A DNA stretch of 62,261 nt, the filler included. It is 4 parts of 4 records of this genome, joined end to end, with 100 filler letters (N's around TTAATTAATTAA, not from the genome) between each part and the next. Parts side by side here need not be neighbours in the genome. Positions count along the whole stretch, not along the records: positions 48,612 to 62,261 come from DRR378314_2128; 3 more parts are not named here. One strand, 5' to 3'. The translations under genes were made by a program, and so were the position numbers. Each line of letters begins with the position of its first letter. Positions within the stretch are counted from its first letter, which is position 1. A model generated the notes under the pieces. That model ran no database searches. It saw only the letters and a program-made list of their open reading frames with translations, and was not told where the DNA came from. Below, one piece after another: positions 55,580-62,261 of the stretch.

Positions 55580-57186
55580 GCTTTTTGCTCCACAAGGCTG
55601 TTTTTAGTTACGCGATTTGAACGTGTTGTTGGCGTGGGTGTGTGCAGTTGAGTACGTAATTTTTTGGCTTGTAGTGCAAATAGCAGGGCGCACACTAAGC
55701 ACACTAAATCAAAACTAAACAATGCCCATTGTGAGTTAAGTAAATAGCTAACAATATTGCCTTTGGTGGTGAGTGCGTTGATCAGCGGCACGCTAATACA
55801 AGCCACTGCATTGACCCACGCTAACAAATACCACTGCATTTTTGCTCGTTTAAAAAGACTAAACAAAGCAACAGCTAGCCACGCAATAAAGAACGCAAGT
55901 ATTTCTTTGTCGGCTCGCTGGGTTAAGCTAAGTGGTAGCAATCGGTTAGCAATAAAGAAGGCACAAGTGGCCAACGGTAAGCCCATAAGTGTGGCAAGGT
56001 TTAAACCTTCAACAAGTTTGAGCCCAAACGATGCTTTTTGGTCTTTCTTCATCCGCTCGCGGATACGCTTCGCCCACATAATACAGCCTGTTGCTATCAT
56101 AATGCAGCCAGCAATACCGCATAAAAAGTATAGCCAACGCAGTAACGGGTTTGCTAAACGTCCGGTGTGCAAAGCGGTGAGTGAATCATAAAACACTTCT
56201 GTACTACTATATTCATCAACGCTTTTTGCAATTAAGTTGCCATCAACACCATTAAAAAGCATGGTCGGGGTTTGGTCGCGAACGAGTGTGCCTGTTGAGG
56301 CACGTACGGTTATTGTTGCAGACGTTTTATTTGGGTCTTTAATTGAGAATCGGGTAAGGTCTGCATTAGGCCAGTTAGTATAAATTTGATCTAACACACT
56401 ATCAATTGGCGTTAATGGGGCTGCTACATCACTTGATTTAGTACGTACGTTTGTTGGAGTAACATCGTTAAATAAGCCCCGAATTCCGTCATCATAAGCG
56501 GTCATAGCAGGGTATGGAAACAACATAAATATTAATGTTATCAAACCAGTATACGTTATCATGATATGAAAAGGTAACGCTAACACTGACGACACGTTGT
56601 GGCCATCAAGCCAACTGCGGCTGCCTTTGTTTTTTCTGAAGCTAAACATATCTTTAAAAATACGCTTGTGAATAACAACACCTGAAATCAGCGCCACCAA
56701 CATAAATAAGCTAGCAAAGCAGACTATCCACCGCGCTGTTCTAACATCGATATAATGTAGGTCAAAATGCAGCCGGTAAAAAAAGTTACCGCCTTTGGTT
56801 TCTCTGGGTTGTTGTAATGAGTCACCGGTTTTTGGATTTATATAATGGTCTTGCCAACCGCCAAAACGCTTGCCTTCTGGGCGTGGCTTTTCGTAGGCAT
56901 AATTAAGTTGTGGCTCTCGCTCTGTAGGTAAATAAATACCCCAACGACCTGACTCTGGTGCGGTTGCTTTTAAATAATCAACACCTGCAATAATTTGCTC
57001 TCGTTGTAGTGCAATACGCTCCTGTGGCGCTTGAATACTGTGCAGTGCGGGTTGATTCCATAAGGTAATTTCGTCACGAAAAAAGCTTATAGTGCCAGCA
57101 AAAAATATTAAATACAGTAACCAGCATACTAGTAACCCAACCCAAGTATGCATCCATGTCATTGAACGGAAAAAACTCTCTTTCAT
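55576..57186 (-). CDS. PepSY-associated TM helix protein (iron-regulated membrane protein)
   Basis: WMHTWVGL, FYRLHFDLH, DGHN, ALHTG; ATG 57186. Confidence 0.88.
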   Translation of the reverse strand: MKESFFRSMTWMHTWVGLLVCWLLYLIFFAGTISFFRDEITLWNQPALHSIQAPQERIALQREQIIAGVDYLKATAPESGRWGIYLPTEREPQLNYAYEKPRPEGKRFGGWQDHYINPKTGDSLQQPRETKGGNFFYRLHFDLHYIDVRTARWIVCFASLFMLVALISGVVIHKRIFKDMFSFRKNKGSRSWLDGHNVSSVLALPFHIMITYTGLITLIFMLFPYPAMTAYDDGIRGLFNDVTPTNVRTKSSDVAAPLTPIDSVLDQIYTNWPNADLTRFSIKDPNKTSATITVRASTGTLVRDQTPTMLFNGVDGNLIAKSVDEYSSTEVFYDSLTALHTGRLANPLLRWLYFLCGIAGCIMIATGCIMWAKRIRERMKKDQKASFGLKLVEGLNLATLMGLPLATCAFFIANRLLPLSLTQRADKEILAFFIAWLAVALFSLFKRAKMQWYLLAWVNAVACISVPLINALTTKGNIVSYLLNSQWALFSFDLVCLVCALLFALQAKKLRTQLHTPTPTTRSNRVTKNSLVEQKA

Positions 57187-57527
57187 AACCAACCCTTTAG
57201 TAAGGCAATGCTCAATCCGCATGCTGATGATGTTAGTAAAATAGTGATCCAAATGGTTTTTAAAGACTTAACCGCAAACGCCCAAATAAACACACAGCTA
57301 TAAACTAAAATTGTCAGGCTAATACTCAAAAGCACTGCATCGGATTTTTTTAGCGGTAAAATGAGGCTCAATAATGAAGTAAATACAGCAGTGAAAATAT
57401 AGCCACCAACAATGGCTGCGCTAAAGCGAGAAACTACACACAATGCATAAACATTGGCTTTGCAGGCCATTTTGAGCTTAAGTAATGGGTTACGAGTTGG
57501 CACTTTATTTACTGGTTGGGCATACAT
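57183..57527 (-). CDS. Small membrane protein (DUF3649-like)
   Basis: SRFSAAIVGGY, FIWAF; first gene of the PepSY operon. Confidence 0.65.
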   Translation of the reverse strand: MYAQPVNKVPTRNPLLKLKMACKANVYALCVVSRFSAAIVGGYIFTAVFTSLLSLILPLKKSDAVLLSISLTILVYSCVFIWAFAVKSLKTIWITILLTSSACGLSIALLKGWL

Positions 57528-57590
57528 AGGTAATCCTTTGACCCGAGTGAAAGAATGGAGGCAGAGGATACTACATTATTAAGGTACGTA

Positions 57591-57610
57591 AAAGTGAGTG
57601 ATTCGCATTT
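57591..57610 (-). promoter_or_regulatory. Possible Fur box
   Basis: AAATGCGAATCACTCACTTT upstream of the PepSY operon. Confidence 0.45.
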
Positions 57611-57834
57611 GTGTTACTTTATGTATTCTATACGGTTGCAAGCACTTAATTAAACGTTTTTCTTAGCTTAGTAAAATAGTGATCTGAGAGTTGTAGGCGG
57701 CGTTAGCACCGCATGTGAGTTACTAAGGCGGGGTTTATTTTAAGTTCTGGTTGGTTAAAATTGACACCATTCTATTCCCTTGCCACTGTTACATAACGCA
57801 AAACACTTTAAATTCGATGCCAAAGGGGTTTGTT

Positions 57835-58575
57835 ATGTCTAATTGGGTTGATGCACGCGTCAAAGATGTTGTTTGGTTCAGTGATTCCTTATTTAGCTTA
57901 ATTGTTAATGCCGACGTTGAGCCTTTTAAGGCAGGGCAGTTTACTAAGCTGTCGATGATGCAAGGTGATAAACGCATTGCGCGTGCCTACTCTTATGTAA
58001 ATGCACCGAGTTCGGCAGATTTAGAGTTTTACTTAATTAACGTTCAAGATGGTTTGCTATCGCAACAATTAGCCAAGCTTCAACCAGGTGATACGGTGAT
58101 GATAGAGCGTCGCGCAAGTGGGTTCTTTACCTTAGATGAAGTCCCGCAAAGCGAACAGTTATGGATGCTCAGTACAGGTACTGCGATAGGTCCTTTCTTG
58201 TCGATGCTTGAGCAAGGTGATGTATGGCAGCAATTTAAGCAAGTAACTTTAGTGCATGGAGTGCGGTTGAACAGCGATTTAAGTTATCAAAATACGATTG
58301 CTGCATTGCAGCAAAAACACGCAGGATTAAAGTATGTACCTGTGGTGAGCCGTGAACATCCCGAACTGGGGTTGCACGGTCGGATCACTGATCACGTTAA
58401 GGCTCAGACGTTGTTTTCACATGTTGAGTTAGTACCAACGCCGCATAGCGCGCAGTTTATGATTTGCGGTAATCCCGACATGGTGAAAGACACAACAACA
58501 CTGCTGATTGAACAAGGCTACAGTCGAAACCGCCGCAAAGAACCAGGGAATATAACCGTTGAGCAATATTGGTAA
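57835..58575 (+). CDS. fpr: Ferredoxin/flavodoxin-NADP+ reductase
   Basis: FKAGQF, RAYS, STGTAIGPF, MICGNP, C-terminal EQYW. Confidence 0.93.
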   Translation: MSNWVDARVKDVVWFSDSLFSLIVNADVEPFKAGQFTKLSMMQGDKRIARAYSYVNAPSSADLEFYLINVQDGLLSQQLAKLQPGDTVMIERRASGFFTLDEVPQSEQLWMLSTGTAIGPFLSMLEQGDVWQQFKQVTLVHGVRLNSDLSYQNTIAALQQKHAGLKYVPVVSREHPELGLHGRITDHVKAQTLFSHVELVPTPHSAQFMICGNPDMVKDTTTLLIEQGYSRNRRKEPGNITVEQYW

Positions 58576-58655
58576 ATTGCTTGCCTGGCGATAACTACTA
58601 TCTTGAAGGCACAATTTTTGCTATTTTATTGTTTCTTCAATTATTCAGGAACAGT

Positions 58656-59438
58656 ATGAAATCGTTATTTTTTGCAATCAGTTTACTCTCTTCAGGGTCA
58701 TTATTAGCCGTTGAGGCAGAGCAAAGTTCAGAGCAGCCTAATAAAGCGCCTCAAAAAAAGACTGAGACTAAAAAGAGCGACGCCGTTGTACAGCAAAAAG
58801 CGTTAGAAGATAGTCCTGCCGTTATTACCTTAACACCAGAAAAAAAAGCTGTCGTAGAGGCCGTAGAAGCTGATATTGAGCCGACGCAACCTATTGTAAG
58901 CGACCCAAGTACGGCGAATATGGTTGATGTTGTAGATAGCAGTAAGGTGTTAGGAACGCAAGAAGTCAAACCTGTTGACGCACCAAAAACCAAGCAAGAA
59001 AAAGAACAAGCCATTGAAAAAGCTGCACAAGCTGTAGAAAAAGCCAAAGAGGCTCTTACCTTAAAACAGCAAGAGAAAGCTAAGCAATCTCGAGAGGCAT
59101 TAGCGGTTGTTGAAAAGTTAATTAAGGCATATAACGCGCGCAATATTGATGCATTTGTCAGTATGTACTCAGAGGATGTTGAGTTTTATGTGTTTCCCAA
59201 TGAGCTGCTATTTAAAGGTAAAGAAAAGCTAATTGCCCGTTATGGCATTATGTTTAAAAAGTTAAAATGTGTTAAGTCATCACCAATTAAACGTATAGTG
59301 ACTGGTAATATTGTAATAGACCATGAACTCTCAGAGACCTGCACAAAGGATCCAAACATTGTTGATAAGCGCTCTGAGTTTGTATCCAGTTACAAAGTCG
59401 AAAACGGCAAAGTAACCAAGGTATTATTTTTTAGATAA
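58656..59438 (+). CDS. Exported protein with C-terminal NTF2/SnoaL-like domain
   Basis: Signal peptide, low-complexity linker, AYNARNIDAF...GNIVIDHE. Confidence 0.75.
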   Translation: MKSLFFAISLLSSGSLLAVEAEQSSEQPNKAPQKKTETKKSDAVVQQKALEDSPAVITLTPEKKAVVEAVEADIEPTQPIVSDPSTANMVDVVDSSKVLGTQEVKPVDAPKTKQEKEQAIEKAAQAVEKAKEALTLKQQEKAKQSREALAVVEKLIKAYNARNIDAFVSMYSEDVEFYVFPNELLFKGKEKLIARYGIMFKKLKCVKSSPIKRIVTGNIVIDHELSETCTKDPNIVDKRSEFVSSYKVENGKVTKVLFFR

Positions 59439-59506
59439 GAACAACCAAACTAAATGATTTTTAGTTTTTGCTTTACCACATAATTACAAAGTATAGGAGT
59501 AAGGGC

Positions 59507-59827
59507 ATGGAATTAGCGGATGATAAAAAGCTGCGTTTACTTTATCGTGTTGAACCGGGTTGTTTAGGTCCTACCGGTGCAGACACTATTGAGCGTTTTT
59601 GTGAATACGCGAATCAGCAAATTACTCCGCCTTATTTTGCCGGCTACCATTTTGTACCACGCTTTGACAAAACAAAGCCAGAACGCCAGTACAGCATTAA
59701 TCAAAAATCACTTTCAGAGCAGCAAGCTCAAGCGTATTTAGGTCACTTTAAAACAAGTATTGATGTTTTTGAAGAGCAGCTCGATGAACTGCTCACTGAG
59801 GCTATTGAACGATTTCTAAACCGTTAA
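59507..59827 (+). CDS. Hypothetical protein
   Basis: AGGAG upstream; RVEPGCLGP, PRFDK. Confidence 0.75.
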   Translation: MELADDKKLRLLYRVEPGCLGPTGADTIERFCEYANQQITPPYFAGYHFVPRFDKTKPERQYSINQKSLSEQQAQAYLGHFKTSIDVFEEQLDELLTEAIERFLNR

Positions 59828-60714
59828 ACTTTTTCACCTGATAAAATAATGTTAAAGCTTGTATTGTCGTGCAAGCTTGCAAATGCACTCTCATGCAATA
59901 GCTCGTTGCGTAAGTTAGGTGAGTAATCCAAAGCCATTTTAATGTCTGCTAATGCATCTGCATGTTTGTGAGTAAGCGCATACGCACAAGCTCGTTGCCA
60001 ATAGGCGTAGCCGTAGTCACTGTCGATATCAATTGCTTGATTACATAACTCAATCGCTTGCTTGGTTTCGTTTAGTTCTAATAAAGCATCTGCTTTGTAT
60101 GCAATTGCCTCAACATCTTCTGGTTTACGATTAAGGATCTCATCAAATATTTCGATTTTATTTGATACGTCGCTTTCTAAATTCGCTCGCATCCATAATG
60201 AATGAACCTCATTAGTAACGGATATTTTTTCTTGGTTTTTCAGTATTTCTTCAGAGCGTTCACGCAGCTTTTCTTCAAAGGTGTTTAAGCGCGCTTCGTA
60301 CTCATTGGTTATAACGCTTACACGCGTATTTACAATATCTTCTACTTTATTTTTAACATCGCGCAACGAGTTCCAACCTACTAGCACCAAGATAGATGCA
60401 GTTGCGGTAATAATAAAAAATACATTATTAATTGTATCCGTTGTGTATGTGAGTGCTCTATCTGCGGTATCCAGCTGCGCGTGAGTCACTTGTTTTGTCA
60501 CATCTTCGCGAAGCTTTTGTTGGTCTTGACGCACGGCTTTGAGTTCATCAAGAATGTAGCGCTCCATCAGTGGCTGAAACATCGGTTTTTGCACTTGTGC
60601 TAACGCTTGCTCTTGTTGTTGCTCTGTTGGGGCAGGGCGTGGTTCTTCTGCATTGCTATGCAATGAGCAAACAAATACAAAAAGAAGTGTTATAAGTATA
60701 AAGTAATGACGCAT
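59824..60714 (-). CDS. Membrane-anchored tetratricopeptide repeat protein
   Basis: Signal peptide, coiled coil, TM, TPRs (AIAYKADALLEL, AYWQRACAYA). Confidence 0.85.
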   Translation of the reverse strand: MRHYFILITLLFVFVCSLHSNAEEPRPAPTEQQQEQALAQVQKPMFQPLMERYILDELKAVRQDQQKLREDVTKQVTHAQLDTADRALTYTTDTINNVFFIITATASILVLVGWNSLRDVKNKVEDIVNTRVSVITNEYEARLNTFEEKLRERSEEILKNQEKISVTNEVHSLWMRANLESDVSNKIEIFDEILNRKPEDVEAIAYKADALLELNETKQAIELCNQAIDIDSDYGYAYWQRACAYALTHKHADALADIKMALDYSPNLRNELLHESAFASLHDNTSFNIILSGEKV

Positions 60715-60813
60715 AGTGCTGCCTAGTAATTAAATTCAAACCAACAACGGGTACAAACGTGATACCCAGCAAATTATGCGAACTTTAACATGACTACTTA
60801 TGAGTAACTAGGC

Positions 60814-60845
60814 AAAAAAAAAACCAGCTCTAAGATGAGCTGGTT
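60814..60845 (-). terminator. Intrinsic terminator
   Basis: Minus strand AACCAGCTC-atctta-GAGCTGGTT followed by a long T run. Confidence 0.8.
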
Positions 60846-60960
60846 AAACTGCTTAAACAACAAACATGTCGTTAGGGGTATCAACAGGAGTGAGTGGGTA
60901 CATTAACGAAATTAATCTGAACAACTACTTAATAATAAAAGTTTTCTAGAGGAAAAAAGA

Positions 60961-60992
60961 AAAAAGCGTATTGGGCTTAACAATACGCTTTT
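60961..60992. terminator. Intrinsic terminator, possibly bidirectional
   Basis: AAAAGCGTATTG-ggcttaa-CAATACGCTTTT. Confidence 0.75.
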
Positions 60993-61170
60993 ATATCTGT
61001 GCTAAAAATACAATTATGGTGAAGGTGACTAAATTGTGCGACACCGCGGTGCCCACTTCCATACCCTTCACATACCATTACGCAGGTTAAAAACGAATCG
61101 ATCAATGTGATTGCTAATTTTATTAAAAAACAATTCACTTTTTAGCCACTGTGAATATGAGTGCTGGGGG

Positions 61171-61947
61171 TTAAAGAGAATCCAGCGGAGAAAAGTTCAC
61201 CTCGGGCAGCGACTCAAACCCCGGTTTTGCAAATAAGTACCCTTGCATCAAGCTTATGCCTGCATTGTGAAGCCATTGATACTCTTCTATAGTTTCAATA
61301 CCTTCAGCAAGCGGTGTGATGTTCATTTCTTTGAGCATGGCAATATTGTGTTTTACTATTAATTGGCGTGCTTTGCTCAAGTGAATATTACGAATGAGCT
61401 CCATGTCAAATTTAACAATGTCAGTTTGAAAGTCTGCCAATAAATTTAATCCCGAATACCCTGAGCCAAAATCATCAGTGGCAGTTGTAAAGCCCAGCGA
61501 TTGATAATACTCAACAACACGTTTTATATGTTGGGTGTCGTCAATTTTTTCGACTTCGGTGAACTCAAACATGATTTTATTGGTTGGGAAGTTATATTTT
61601 TTTGCCGCTTCCAACGTTGTACGAATACAGCGCTCAGGTTTATAAATTGCGTTGGGTAAAAAGTTTATACTTAATACAGAGTCTAACTTAAGCTTTGCTG
61701 CTAAGGCGATGGCTCTAATACGACATTGTTGGTCAAAGGTATACCTATTGTGCTCATTTACTTGAGAAATAACACTGTAAGCTGACTCGTTGTTAACGCC
61801 GCGTACCAGCGCTTCATAACCAAATACACGGCGACGGTCGCAATCTACAATCGGTTGAAAAGCCATTGTAAAATCAAAATCTAATTGGTCTTCATCTGCA
61901 CATTGGTTACAAGTTAACTTTTCACAGTTAGCTGGTTTAGAGCTCAT
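61171..61947 (-). CDS. Stand-alone EAL-domain c-di-GMP phosphodiesterase
   Basis: FQPI, YEALVR, SINF, FEFTE, DDFGSGYS, AEGIET, QGYLF all intact. Confidence 0.92.
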   Translation of the reverse strand: MSSKPANCEKLTCNQCADEDQLDFDFTMAFQPIVDCDRRRVFGYEALVRGVNNESAYSVISQVNEHNRYTFDQQCRIRAIALAAKLKLDSVLSINFLPNAIYKPERCIRTTLEAAKKYNFPTNKIMFEFTEVEKIDDTQHIKRVVEYYQSLGFTTATDDFGSGYSGLNLLADFQTDIVKFDMELIRNIHLSKARQLIVKHNIAMLKEMNITPLAEGIETIEEYQWLHNAGISLMQGYLFAKPGFESLPEVNFSPLDSL

Positions 61948-62232
61948 TATCTCACCTTAAAGTCTTCAAATTGTATTTTTATTACAGTATTTTGTTTCGA
62001 TAGCATTTCATGCACTTAAAGTGATTTTATTTAAATCTATTAATAAGTGTTTGTTACACCACACATTTAAGCGTAGACAAGGTTTCTTACTTTTAAAAGG
62101 TAAAAGTAGATTCTTTACTACACCGTTATTTTTAATTAAGTTAATTTAACGCACTGACTATCAATGCTAAATAATGTGTTTTAGGGCTTTATAAAAAAGC
62201 GTGTTTAATGCAAAAAACACATATAAATTTAT

Positions 62233-62261
62233 TAGGGTCTGTTGACCTTTACGGATTAAAA
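62233..62261. mobile_element. Start of a repeated IS/MITE (terminal inverted repeat)
   Basis: TAGGGTCTGTTGACCTTT, matching the contig start in reverse complement. Confidence 0.6.

Overview
The window is not one genome. It is four unrelated contigs joined by artificial 100-nt spacers (N44-TTAATTAATTAA-N44 at 24668-24767, 37558-37657, 48512-48611). (1) 1-24667 is AT-rich marine gammaproteobacterial DNA (Pseudoalteromonas-like). It carries the trpE-G-D-CF-B-A operon, yciV/yciO/scpA, yceJI and an uncharacterised cluster: acetoacetate-decarboxylase-fold protein, large flavoprotein, TonB receptor and 7TM hybrid kinase. (2) 24768-37557 is Halomonas-like DNA with a reductive pyrimidine catabolism cluster. 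(3) 37658-48511 is GC-rich, intron-rich eukaryotic DNA, from which spliced SRP68 and Arp1 genes can be rebuilt by hand. (4) 48612-62261 is a second Pseudoalteromonas-like contig (prpE, blc, PepSY iron genes, fpr, EAL protein) bounded by matching repeat ends. The strongest signal missed by the ORF track is two complete Trp attenuators in tandem upstream of trpE: two WWW leader peptides, each with its own antiterminator and terminator. Other leads are the ADC-fold/flavoprotein module, a candidate pho-box-driven sRNA and an unannotated 55-aa gene. Taxonomy and family calls come from recognising motifs by eye; no searches were run.
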